This document shows positions 39,060-51,600 of a stretch of DNA of 64,000 nt, piece by piece. The stretch spans positions 88,970,001-89,034,000 of the forward strand of contig OX597822.1 of the NCBI GenBank assembly GCA_951406725.2. Direction: 5' to 3'. The stretch's first letter is position 1. Each line of letters opens with the position of its first letter. The notes beneath the pieces are model-generated. The model saw only the letters and a list, made by a program, of their open reading frames with translations. It ran no database searches and was not told the origin of the DNA. The translations under genes and the position numbers were made by a program. This DNA is from Octopus vulgaris. Lineage: Eukaryota.

Positions 39060-39389
39060 TAAATGGTTTGCCCATTGTTTTTGTCATGTAGAATTAATAC
39101 TATATCACCTCTTCTCCTCTTTGTCTAAAATGGTTGATGAACTTGTAATTATTAACTGAACATTTTTCTTTATTTAATATTAATGAATGTAATCAAAATT
39201 ATATGTCGAGCACTCTAAACATCTAACTAGTTTCATCACATATATACACAAAATTTATCAATCTCTTGATGAAGCACTTGCCCAGTTTTTCTTCCAGTTG
39301 AATTGATCTAGAGTATAACTTTTTATTTTATTGACTCTTGGTAAAATTGAACAAAAGTCATTTCAGAATCCTGGGGAAATAAATAAAAC

Positions 39390-39605
39390 ATTGGCCTAAA
39401 CCTAACAGAATTATGAAAGCATGTCTAATGGCTCTTTACATTCTGAGTTCAGTGCTACTGAGATTAATTTTTGCCTTTCATCCTTTTGGGGTTGATAGAT
39501 TAAGTATCAGTGAAACACCGGGGTTGTAATCGACTATACCTCTCCTCAAAATTTCAGGCCTTGTGCTTATAGTAGAAAGGATTATTATTATTATTATTAT
39601 TATTA
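39390..39605 (+). mobile_element. SINE with Nin/Deu-like central domain and (tta)n tail
   Basis: ttgcctttcatccttttggggttgatagattaagtatcagt...ccttgtgcttatagtagaaagg(att)n; decayed relative at ~42090-42330. Confidence 0.65.
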
Positions 39606-39834
39606 TTAATATTTTATAGGATTGAGGTAACTCTTCCAGTAGGTATACAGAAGCAAAAAAAGGAAGAGTGTCATTGTTATTAAGTGAATATTTCAGTATC
39701 TAGTGTGCCTTCCACAGGTTCAAAAAATAAACTTGTCAATCTACTTCATTTTTGGTAATATTTTATAGGATTGAGGTAACTCCTCCAGTAGGTATACAGA
39801 AGCAAAAAAAAAAGAATAACACTCTTTTTTTTGC

Positions 39835-39868
<34 letters not shown>

Positions 39869-40740
39869 AGCTGAAGCTTTTTGAATCATGACTGTTAGTT
39901 TTACATTTATGATTCTTCAAACAAATGAAGACTTTTTCTCATTTACAAATTCACGCACACACACACACACCTCTAGTCTCATCCTAGTCTAGATTTGATA
40001 TCTGTCTACTTTAAGTTCACTTCATGCTAGTGTTGAGTTTACCTGAGATTCTCCTATCAATAAAAAATGGTAAAAAGTGATGTTCATATTGATTCTGTTA
40101 TCTGTATCTCCTCTCATACAAAAACTAGTCCTGTGCTGTTTCATATTATTTTTAAGGTTACATACAGAGTTACTTTTCATTCAGAAAGTCATGATGAAAA
40201 GAATTGAGGTATCATTATAATTTATAAAAAATAAAAATAGTTTCCTGCTTATTGGTTGAGGAAAGAAGTAAAGACAGAGCCAACTGTTAGGTATTTTCTA
40301 ACATTATTTTTTAAACTGTTTTCTCTGTTATAAGCTAAGAATAGTTGTCTAATAAGGCCAAAAGGTAAGTGACTACAATAGAAATGACACCCTAAAAAAA
40401 AATCACATCAAATCATGGTCACATAATTTGATCTATATATTTTACAATATCCATTGAAAAAAGAGTTTGTTTTGCAATTAATTAAACTTGTTTGAAATAT
40501 TTCTGTAAAGACAAATGTATCTATACTGGCTATTGATATGACATTGAAAGAAGTTTTGAAAGCTACTCAAATCTCTTTTACTGTTCCTCATCTTCTCCCC
40601 ACCTTTATATTACTCCTCATGTAGGGATTTTATACATATAGTCTTTCACTAACAGTAATTTCCTTACTAATCACTCGTGTAAAACCAAGGGAATGGACAT
40701 CTATCCACACATGTTAAAGTTAAGATATCAATTTTACTAG

Positions 40741-40850
40741 GCTGAATCCAATCACAATCTGAATTTGCATGATTCTGGCAATAATGAGGAGTCAACTATG
40801 CTACTGATGGATGAAACTTTTTATCAAGTTGGCCTGGCATTAAAATTAGG
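40741..40850 (+). CDS. ATP6V0A1: V0 subunit a, alternative coding exon 5A
   Basis: attttactag|AESNHNLNLHDSGNNEESTMLLMDETFYQVGLALKL+gg|gtgaga; 110 nt, phase 0 to 2, ending in LG as expected before the FVAG exon. Confidence 0.85.
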
Positions 40851-42440
40851 GTGAGAAATGGAACATTTTATTACATTTTGAATATTTGCCTTATTGTTTT
40901 ATATATCAACGTTAACATCATTACTTTGATACATTTATTAAATCCTATGTAGCACATGCTTTTATGCAGAGTACCCGGGTTGTACTTGAACCATATCAAA
41001 TATTTATTTCTATTTGCCATTTCCCTGGATTTTAGGGCAGGTTAGATTTTGCAGTGATCAGAGAGCTGGACTAGATTCTTTTATGATACTTTGATGTCTT
41101 AGATTTTTGTGTTGAAAGTGTACCATAGATGACTTTTCATCGTCCTTGGAGTTAATAAGATTAGTTTATATAAAATGTATCGGGAATGTGTAAATTGATT
41201 ATAATAGATTATAATAATTATTAAGGGTATATTAACTTAAAATTGTTATAGAGCCTTGTTAAAAAACCACAGAAAAGTCATTTCTCTATTCCATGTGATG
41301 CCTCATTGACAGTTACCATTCACAATACCTGTATGTCTTTGGCTATCCTCCCCATCTCTCTCTCTCTTGCAAGAAACTATCTTTATTACTATCTCATCTT
41401 GCAGCTCATACTGTTTTCTATTCAATCTCCTTACCAATAACCAACATCTGATATCATTGTCTCTCTTTTCTATCACTCTTTCCTCTACCATCCTCTCACT
41501 CTGTTTATTCCATTACATTCAATCTTTCTTTTTGACTATCTTGGTTGCCACTCTCTTTTATTCACATTCTCAGTCACTTTTACCTTGAAAAAATGAAGAC
41601 ATCATAAAGTAAGGAAAACTTCTTAGTCTTGCAGGAGACAAGGTGACTTCTAGAGTTTGTACCACAAAATGTATCCTGTATTCTCTGTAAAGTGGATGGG
41701 GAACAAAGATAGTTTAGAGTCAAGAGGACTCTCTAGCCTTGTAAAGTGCATGACTACCTCTCTAGTGTTGGTGCCGTGATAAAATACACCCAGTACACTT
41801 TGTAAAGTGATTGGTAATAAAAAAGATATTCAGTTATAGAAACTATGCCAAAAATGGAATATGTGAGCAAGATGTACTCCTCCAACTTATCTATAAGGCA
41901 GTAATTCCGAATAAAAACTAACTTGGACCATGATGATTTATTCAATGTTTGCTAGCATGGAAAGTGAATATTAGAAGAGGATGATGATAATGATGATGAG
42001 GATGATGTTCCTGTTTTTGATGTAAACATTAATATTTAAAATCATCTCATAAACATATTCTGTAAAATTGCTGTATAGATTGTCAAACCTTGGATATGGC
42101 AAAGAGATCACATAACTGTAGAACATTAGATAATATGTCTTAAGGTATTTGGTTATGTTCTTTAATGTTCAGAGTTCAAATGTTTCCCGAGTTTATGTTG
42201 CCTCTCAACCTTCCAAAGTTGATAAAATATATACCAGTTGATTAAAACTGGGATCAGTAGAATCAATTATATATTAGAAGCCTTGCTTCAGCATAACCAC
42301 AGTCCAGTGACCAAAACTAGTGACAGAATAACAAAATATGCAAATAGTGGACTGAATGTTTTCTGTTTTTGTTTTAAGTGAGGGTCAGTGAAGGGTGTAT
42401 GCATATGTTACATAATTATTTTGGCTGCTGCTCAATTAGA

Positions 42441-42650
42441 TTAACCTTTTGTTACCTTATTTTTGTTGACATACAATTACTTGTTTCAGTTAATTTTGAA
42501 AACATTGAAAAATTGAGTAAAATAATTGTTGGGAATATAAAGTGACATGAAATTTTGAAGAAAAGTTTTAGTTAAGATCACTTTAAAACATGGAGGTTGT
42601 ACCATAAAACTAGAGAACAGTTTCAGGTAGGGTGGTATGAAAAGGTTTAA
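42441..42650. mobile_element. TTAA-flanked MITE, family B
   Basis: ttaaccttttgttacc...ggtatgaaaaggtttaa. Confidence 0.7.
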
Positions 42651-43969
42651 TAACATTTTGATTTAGATTAGGTCTCAGCTCTCAAGAGGCAATTGTGATT
42701 TCTTATAAGTAGTTTAGTTTCCAACTGGATTGGATTTAGAGATTTTTTGTGAGAAGTAGAAGTCTGTTTGAAAAAACTGTTGCTCTTCGCTGTCATTTGA
42801 AAATAGTATCTTATATTAACAATAGCAGTGTTGATTTTTCGTCTTCTCATCTCACAACACTTATCTTTACATTTCATTTTCATCATTTTGTTTTCTCTTC
42901 ATGAGTAACATGTACAAAAATATTGTTTTAATTAGTATCTTATGAAGACCAATATTTCTTGTGTATAACTGTTTTGTTCATTTCCAAATCAGCCTCATAT
43001 TTCTTATAAAGGAAGATGGAATAGGCAAAAATATTGCAGCACCAGACTAAATACTTTACATATTCTAGAATATTTGTTTTTTCTGAATGCAAATACATCT
43101 GGATAGAACCATTACTTATGATATATTGAAGTTGGTTCAATTAATTATACAACCTTCTTTATAAAGAAATTTGACCTAGAGCTTTGTTAAGAAATCAATA
43201 TTTCAAATATAATTGTAAGAACTTGCAACTCAGCTCAGCTGAATTGCTTGCTCTAAGCAGTTCAATCTCATCCCATCTTTCTTTCATTTAGAAACAATAA
43301 AATTATACAAAGATAATTCTGAAAATTCTAGTTATTCTAAATTTATATTTTAAAATGTTAAAATACTTTACTAAGGAATATATGTTTAACATCTCTTTCT
43401 TCTCTTTGATTAACATCTAGTGCTGCAATTAAGAATTTTTGTCTTTAAATTAAGTAATTTATTATTTATAATTTTTTTTAACTAATTAAAAAGCGGGTGT
43501 TTTTTTTATTTTTTTAAAGTTTAGTGAAGGTGCATGACCTAGTGGTTAAGGTGTTGCACTTACAATTGTAAGGTTTTGATTTTGATTCCTGGACCAGGTA
43601 GTGCATTGTGTTCTTAAGTGAGACACTTCATTGAGTTCCAACAATAGTTGGGAAATTAACTTTGCATTGTATTGCATCCCATTCAAGGGGGAGCATTATA
43701 ATCTCAATTTATATACCATGGAAATCAGGTTAAGCTTTGATCTTATGAGTCACAGGGGTCTGAATATTATATCATAAAAGAAAGTCTAATGGTGGTTGCT
43801 TTTAATAGAACCCTATGGAGGAAGTGTCTGCACCACAAGCCTTCCAGGAATAGTGAGCAGAAAAGATGGATGCATGGATGGATGAAAAAAACAAAAAACA
43901 TGATTTAAGTAATTAGTATCAGTTACTCTTTACATAAAATAAATTTTAAATTTATATCTGGAAGTTATT

Positions 43970-44325
43970 TTTCTGTGGCACCAGCATTGGGGCTTCTCTA
44001 TGTGACACTGGTACAGGTGCTTTTTTCATGACACCAAAACAGGTGTCTTTTACATGACACCAGCATCTGTGAGCCTGCAAGACAAAGACCTCAACTGAGA
44101 GAGGGAGTGGGGGACATAGTTGTAAAATACATACCTGTATGGATGGCTACAATTTTACTTAGGTTGACATGTCTTCTCAAGCACAGCAAATTGCCAGAAG
44201 CCTTGGTTTTTGTCATCTCCTCAGTGAGGCCCAACATTTGAAGCTCCTTTCTCACCACTTTGTCCCATGTCTTCCTGGGTATATCTCTTCCACAGGCTCC
44301 CTCCACAATTAGAGATCAGCCCTTT
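43970..44325 (-). mobile_element. RTE LINE 3' fragment
   Basis: VEGACGRDIPRKTWDKVVRKELQMLGLTEEMT, followed by a UTR remnant. Confidence 0.75.
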
Positions 44326-45175
44326 ATGTACTGAGCCTGTATTTACTATTGTGTTTTCCATTTGATGCATTCAGTTTACACTAAGTTCTAGTTCAGTATC
44401 AAGTCTCTCGTCATTATTTCTTGTTTGTCTTATTGTATTACATTTTTAACAATCATAATTTTTAAAATCCTTTAACTCTGAAAATTTGAAGAGATACAAC
44501 AGCAGCTGCTATTTTTAGTTTTAGCATCAACTTGGTACATTGTTACACTGAAGACATCATGTGAATAATTATATTGGTGAATGGTATAACATATTTAGAT
44601 ATAAATGAGTGTTCTACTTGGAAATTTGTGTCTTTTGAAACCACATTTGTCGCAGTTATTGAGTTTCTATGATAGTCTATCCTGTCCTCCAGTCCCTTTT
44701 AATATACTGTCAAATGTGCTATTTTATGATGTAATGCAAAAGTTATGTATAGATTGCTTAAGCATTGATGGTGGTTGTGGTGTTGGTGGCTGTAGTAGTA
44801 TTAGCAGCACTATTGTAGAGCATTAGTTGTAGAATTTATTTGTTGTTTGATGTTGTGTTTTGTCTATTATTGTTGTGAATATATAATATTGTATCTTTGA
44901 TATTTATTCATGTGCTTCTTGCTTTTTTATTTTTTTGGTCATTTGAAGTTATTTAAATAGATAAATCTTGATGCATATTATTTAAAAAAAGACAGGATGT
45001 TGTCTATTTTTAACCCAACAAAAAGTATATATTTTTGTTTTGTTTTTCTGAAGGGTATTATAATCTTATTGAATATTGTCTATTATATTTTATATATGAT
45101 TTTAAAAGTTTTTTTTTTAATGATTCTTAATATTTTCACATCCATGTATGAATTCTGCTTATTTGTTCCTTTCAG

Positions 45176-45183
45176 CAAGACAT
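45176..45183 (+). other. Candidate 8-nt micro-exon (QD+at)
   Basis: ttctgcttatttgttcctttcag|caagacat|gtaatt. Confidence 0.3.
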
Positions 45184-45357
45184 GTAATTAGACTAGGTAG
45201 TTTAAAATATTTTCTAATTGGTCACATTGGAGAAGTCATTCAAGTAAATACAAGATTCTCTTTATTGACTTATTCGACTGGTTGAAAAAGTTGATGAAGT
45301 AAAACTTGTCATGGAAGGCCCAATCAATTTTAAATGTTTAATACACACACACACACA

Positions 45358-45393
<36 letters not shown>

Positions 45394-45396
45394 ACC

Positions 45397-45559
45397 AGAG
45401 TGGGTGCATGTTAAGTAGCTTGCATACCAACCACATAGTATCGGCTTAAGTCCCACTGTATAGCACGTTGGGCAAGTGTCTTCTACTGTAGCCTCAAGCC
45501 AACTAAAGCCTTGTGAGTGGATTTGGTAGACGGAAACTGAAAGAAACCCATTGTGTATG

Positions 45560-45601
<42 letters not shown>

Positions 45602-45627
45602 CGCGGGTGCATATATATATATATGTG

Positions 45628-45659
<32 letters not shown>

Positions 45660-45918
45660 CGCACACATATATGCACACACACATGCACATACATATATGT
45701 GTGTGTGCGTGTGTCAGTGTATCTGTGCTTGTCCCCCCCCCGTCACTTGACAACCAAAGTTGGTGTATTTACATCCCCATAAATTAGCAGTTCGGAAGAA
45801 GACACCAATCAAATAAGTTCTAGGCTGACAAAGAGTAAGTCTTGGGATCGATTTGTTTGACTAAAGCCAGTGCTCCAGCATGGCCACAGTCAAGATGATT
45901 GAAACAAATACAAGAAAA
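45397..45918 (+). mobile_element. Near full-length tRNA-derived SINE with internal (TA)/(TG) microsatellite
   Basis: Head gagtgggtgcatgttaagtagcttgcataccaaccac..., body ttgggcaagtgtcttctac, tail gtgctccagcatggccacagtc. Confidence 0.85.
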
Positions 45919-45922
45919 TAAT

Positions 45923-46068
45923 ATCATCGTTTAATGTCTATTTTCCATGCTAGCATGGGTTGGACGGTTCGACCAGGGTCTGGGAAGCCAGGTGGCTGCA
46001 CCAGGCTCCAGTCTGATCTGGCAGTTTCTACAGCTGGATCCTAACGCCAACCACTCCATGAGTGTAGT
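45923..46068 (-). mobile_element. RTE-family 3' tail
   Basis: tcatcgtttaatgtctattttccatgctagcatgggttggacggtt. Confidence 0.75.
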
Positions 46069-46219
46069 ATATATATACACACACACACACATTTGTACAT
46101 ACATATATATACACACACACACATATGTACATACATATATACACACATATGTACATATATAATATATACACACATGTATGGGGGAAATATGTACTATATA
46201 TAATGTGTACTATATATAA

Positions 46220-46806
46220 TGTGGGGGGAAACAAATATTCGTACATGTCAAAATTATTTATTTATCAAATTTCTAATGAACATAAATTGGATATACCAAT
46301 ACTATATTTGCATATACATACATAAACTAAGAATATGCAAAAGAAACTAATAAATTATAGTTACTAAGGAATTTATATACAATTATAAATATTTAGGGGT
46401 GAAAAAAGTATTTGTACAGAATATAAATAACTGATAATTCTTATTTAATACTTTGTAGCATAACCATTATTCAGTTCCATTTCAACCAATCTCTTGTAGT
46501 TTTTAATCAATGACTCGCATGTTTCTTAAGGAATTTATTCCCATTCTTCTTGACAAATTTTCTTCAAATCTGCAATGCACGTTGGGGCTCTTGAATGAAT
46601 TTTAATTTTCAAATAATGCCACAAATTTTCAATGGGGTTCAAGTCAGGTGACTGGCTTGGTCATTCTAGTAGTTTTATATTGTGATCGACAATCCATTTT
46701 TTGGTAGACTTTGCCATGTGCTTAGAGTCGTTATCCTGTTGTAAAACCCACTCTTCACAAAGCTGGAGCTTTTCTACAGAGTCCCATAAAATCCATTTGT
46801 AGGGAT
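46220..46806 (-). mobile_element. Tc1 transposon 3' fragment
   Basis: [47 protein letters not shown]; probable TIR near gtggggggaaacaaatattcgtaca. Confidence 0.8.
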
Positions 46807-46808
46807 AT

Positions 46809-46932
46809 CTGAAGAAGGAAATTTACGCCGAAATATCATATCAGACTATAGATGATTAAATTACAACAATCGTTATAGTCCATTCTGTGTTTTATAGTGC
46901 ATTGTTGTGTCATTCAAAACATTTTATTCTTC
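46809..46932 (+). ncRNA. Penelope-type terminal-repeat fragment starting at a hammerhead core
   Basis: CTGAAGA agg-aaatttacg-cc GAAA ta-tca-ta TC agac; 5' strand of stem I missing. Confidence 0.5.
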
Positions 46933-47030
46933 ATATATATATATATATATACTATATGTAGTATATAATATATATATAATATAATTATGTTTATAATTTT
47001 AGAATATTTGTACTATATATATATATTTAG

Positions 47031-47432
47031 TCTTTTACTCTTTTACTTGTTTCAGTCATTTGACTGCAGCCATGCTGGAGCACTGCCTTTAGTCAGGCAA
47101 ATCGACCCTGGGACTTATTGTTAGTAAACCTAGTACTTATTCTATCAGTCTCTTTTGCTAAACTGCTAAGTTACGGAGAGATAAACACACCAGCATCGGT
47201 TGTCAAGCAATAATGGGGGGACAAACACAGACATACAAACACACATACACATATATATATACATATATATGATAGGCTTCATTCAGTATCCGTCTGCCAA
47301 ATCCACTCACAAGGCTTTGGTTGGCTCAAGGCTATAGTAGGAGACACTTGCTCAGGATGGCATGTAGTGGGACTGAACCTGGAACCATGTGGTTGGTAAG
47401 CAAGCTACTTACCACACAGCCACTCCTGTGCC
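47031..47432 (-). mobile_element. Full-length tRNA-derived SINE
   Basis: rc: ggcacaggagtggctgtgtggtaagtagcttgcttaccaaccacatggttccaggttcagtcccac...gactgaaacaagtaaaagagtaaaaga. Confidence 0.9.
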
Positions 47433-47559
47433 TATATAATATGAATACTATATATTATAAATACTATATATATATATAAATAAAATATGATTTCTACATA
47501 TAATATATTATATATACTATATATATAATATATATATTATATATGTATATTATACAGAT

Positions 47560-47560
47560 G

Positions 47561-47596
<36 letters not shown>

Positions 47597-47686
47597 TATA
47601 CAGATATGTTATATATATATATATATATACATTATACAGATATGTTATATATATATATATATATATATATACATTATACAGATATG

Positions 47687-47724
<38 letters not shown>

Positions 47725-47830
47725 TATACAGATATGTTATATATATACTATATATATATATACATTATACAGATATGTTATATATATACTATATATATAT
47801 ATACATTATACAGATATGTTATATATATAC
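47560..47830. repeat. Minisatellite (ta)n-cattatacagatatgt
   Basis: Direct reading. Confidence 0.85.
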
Positions 47831-48089
47831 TATATATATATAATATATATATAACACACACATATATATATATGCTATATATATTAATACATATAATATA
47901 TATATACTATATATATTACATACATGTAATGTATATATGATATATTATATATATATATACACATACTATATATGTATATAATACATCATCATCATCATCG
48001 TTTAACGTCCATTTTCCATGCTAGCATGGGTTGGACGGTTCAACAGGGGCCTGGCGCAGCCTTTGTACAGATATATAATATAATATATG

Positions 48090-48136
<47 letters not shown>

Positions 48137-48250
48137 ACATATATATATAATATACATGTCATGTATATATATATATATATACACAACATATATATATTAT
48201 ATACATGTCATGTATATATATATATATATATATATTTATTATATAGAAGG

Positions 48251-48301
48251 AGCTTCTACAGGACTAGAACTGTTTCATTCAAGAGAAATCTTCAGGAAGC
48301 T
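48251..48301 (-). ncRNA. Type I hammerhead ribozyme (antisense copy)
   Basis: Reverse complement of 50072-50122. Confidence 0.75.
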
Positions 48302-48548
48302 AGTTAACAAGAATTGTATTGGCATTTATACATTTAGGCAGGTTTATAGGGGTGGTGGTGGGGGACTTTTTGGGGGTAGGCATAGCGCAAAAAAATCATA
48401 CTTGGGGGAGTGGTCAAGGAGTCAGTGGTAAATTAGATAGAAGAATAAATAAAAGAATAAAAAAAGAATAAAATACAAAAATATATAGAAGAATAGAGTT
48501 TTAGGTAAATAAGGAAATTCTCAACACACACACATATACATACACACC

Positions 48549-48582
<34 letters not shown>

Positions 48583-48598
48583 TATACATACATATATC

Positions 48599-48642
<44 letters not shown>

Positions 48643-48821
48643 CACATATACATGCATATACACACACACGACCACACATACACATACACATAAAAAAAAA
48701 ATATATACATACACACGCATACACATACACACATACACACACATATATCCACATACACACATGCACACACAACACACAAGTCCCTATATACTCATATATA
48801 CATATACACATATATGTATGT

Positions 48822-48881
<60 letters not shown>

Positions 48882-49598
48882 GTGTACCTATTCATACACA
48901 TATATGTACGTATACACACACACACATATACACATACATACACACACATACATACATATGTGTACCTATTCATACCTACACATACACACATATATACATA
49001 CAATTACAAACCCATTCCCTAATTTTAATTTTATTATCTTCATTTATTACTTTTGTTATCTTTGACCGCTGGTCACAAACATCTTGGCTAGTCCCTTTTA
49101 TCTTTCTACTTGAGCACAAGCACTCACTCACGCACGCACACTCATTAGCACGCACACACACTCTCATTCGTACACTCATACACATACATGCACGCACGCG
49201 TTATATTCATACATACATACATCTACATACATACACGTATATACACATACGTACGCGTACCTACAGATTCATGTCTACAATCTTAGAAGACTAGTCTATA
49301 CATATACACCAAATATATATACACACATACATATACACCTACATACAAATACATACATACATATATATACACACATATATATACATACACACATACACAT
49401 ACACATATATATACATATATATATACACATATATACATATATATACATATATATATATACACACATATCCACATACATACATACATACACCCATACATAC
49501 ATACATATATACACACATACACACAACCACACGTATACATATACATACATATACGCGCATGCATACACATACAAATACATACACATACACATATACAT

Positions 49599-49649
<51 letters not shown>

Positions 49650-49734
49650 CACATACATACACATACATATACATATATACACACACACACATACATACAC
49701 ATATACACATACACGCACATACACATATACATGC

Positions 49735-49781
<47 letters not shown>

Positions 49782-50071
49782 TATACATACATATACATAC
49801 ACACATACACATACACACACACACATGTGTATGTATATGTGTGTGTGTTGAGAATTTCCTTATTTACCTAAAACTCTATTCTTCTATATATTTTTGTATT
49901 TTATTCTTTTTTTTATTCTTTTATTTATTCTTCTATCTAATTTACCACTGACTCCTTGACCACTCCCCCAAGTATGATTTTTTTGCGCTATGCCTACCCC
50001 CAAAAAGTCCCCCACCACCACCCCTATAAACCTGCCTAAATGTATAAATGCCAATACAATTCTTGTTAACT

Positions 50072-50122
50072 AGCTTCCTGAAGATTTCTCTTGAATGAAA
50101 CAGTTCTAGTCCTGTAGAAGCT
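50072..50122 (+). ncRNA. Type I hammerhead ribozyme (sense to host gene)
   Basis: agcttc CTGAAGA t-ttc-tctt-gaa-t GAA acag-ttctagtc-ctgt A gaagct: 6-bp stem I, 3-bp stem II under a U.U pair, 4-bp stem III, GUA cleavage triplet. Confidence 0.78.
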
Positions 50123-50205
50123 CCTTCTATATAATAAATTAATTTTACTCTGCTATGTATTGAGTACCTTATTTACTGTGGTTAACCCCGAATCAACCCG
50201 GGACC

Positions 50206-50241
<36 letters not shown>

Positions 50242-50261
50242 ACATATATTATATACATGTC

Positions 50262-50296
<35 letters not shown>

Positions 50297-50331
50297 ACAT
50301 ATATATATTATATACATGTCATGTATATACA

Positions 50332-50372
<41 letters not shown>

Positions 50373-50689
50373 GCCAGAAGAAAATGGAGGGGATCAAGAG
50401 GTGGTATTCATCAATTTTTAGACATTATATTATGTGTATTTGTTTTAAAAGCCATTATAACAATATACATACATGTATAACACATTATGCTTTACACATA
50501 TAATATATAAAAATATAAAAATACCAGTAATTATTAAAATTTGTAATGTAAAGCATAGGAAGTATATATACGTTATAGGTATATAATGTATATATATACC
50601 AATGTACAGAGATTGGCAGAAAGTGCAGGGGATGCAGAAAATAACGTTGTTAGAAGCTTCCTGACTCTTCCTTTCCATGCTTGTTATCT

Positions 50690-51600
50690 TCTATGCATCC
50701 ATTTAGTCCTGATCATTATGGTGCTACCTACTAATGTGTCTTGAGGTGTGTATTTTTCACCTGGGAATGTTTTGGCATCTATGAGCAGCCATCTTTCCTG
50801 TTTCCTGGCTTTGATGTAGTCAATTTGACTAGTGTGTCGTGCAGACCTTTAGGTGAAAAGGTGAGTGGCAGGTTTCCTGAAGTTATTATTACAAACCATG
50901 AGATCATTTGCATTGCAGAACTCCAGCAGCCTGTTTTCCCCATCATTACGGGACCCAAAACCACAGCCACCATGTACGCCATGGAAAACCTCTGCATATA
51001 GTGCAACATGCCCATTGATGTTGCCAGCCACAAAGCGAAGGTCACTGTCATTTGTCAACAAGGTAGTCATAAAATCGGTCTTTCTGTTCATCAGGTAGCC
51101 CTTGCTGAGGGGCATAAGCGAAGATAATGGTTGCTAATCCATGTTGCAGCCTTAATCTAAGCTTCAGTATTCTATCATGGACTCTTGAATATCTCGATTA
51201 CCTTATCCACCCATTTCTCTGCAAGAAGTATACCCACATCTCCAACCTCATCAGTGTTCCCTACCCAGAAAATCTTATACCTATGTTCTTTGCTGGTGGG
51301 GAACCTAACAGAACTTCCTCTCCACATTTCTTCTTGGATGCAGCACAAATCTACATGTCTCCGTTCAACAATCTTACCGGACCTACCTTCCAATGTGCCA
51401 ACATTGTGTGCGAACTCTGAGGGTATGGAAGGTGTGGACCCATGAGGATCTGTGATGGGTGGGAGAGCAGCATCATGTATCTGAAAAGAAAGCTCGCATT
51501 TGGCAGAACTTATAAATATACACTAGCCTTCAAACTGCATACACTACACCATCATTTCATGTGCTACATAATCACTACATTGCATAGGAGATGGGGAGCA
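50690..51600 (-). mobile_element. RTE LINE 5'/endonuclease fragment
   Basis: RVRTQCWH...VDLCCIQE.MWRG...YKIFWVGN..GVGILLAEKW; FVAGNINGHV...HGGCGFGSRNDGENRLLEFC. Confidence 0.85.

Larger units (their letters stand above)
48234..50208. mobile_element. Non-coding Penelope-like/retrozyme-like element with ~313-bp near-perfect inverted arms, each with a hammerhead
   Basis: 48234-48546 is the reverse complement of 49826-50139 (one homopolymer indel seen); interior mostly CA/TA microsatellite; the same minisatellite flanks both sides. Confidence 0.8.

Noticed and set aside
47350-47432. tRNA-like sequences (also ~15110-15190, 45397-45470, 61876-61950)
   Set aside because: These are SINE heads attached to a common body and tail, with no complete cloverleaf.
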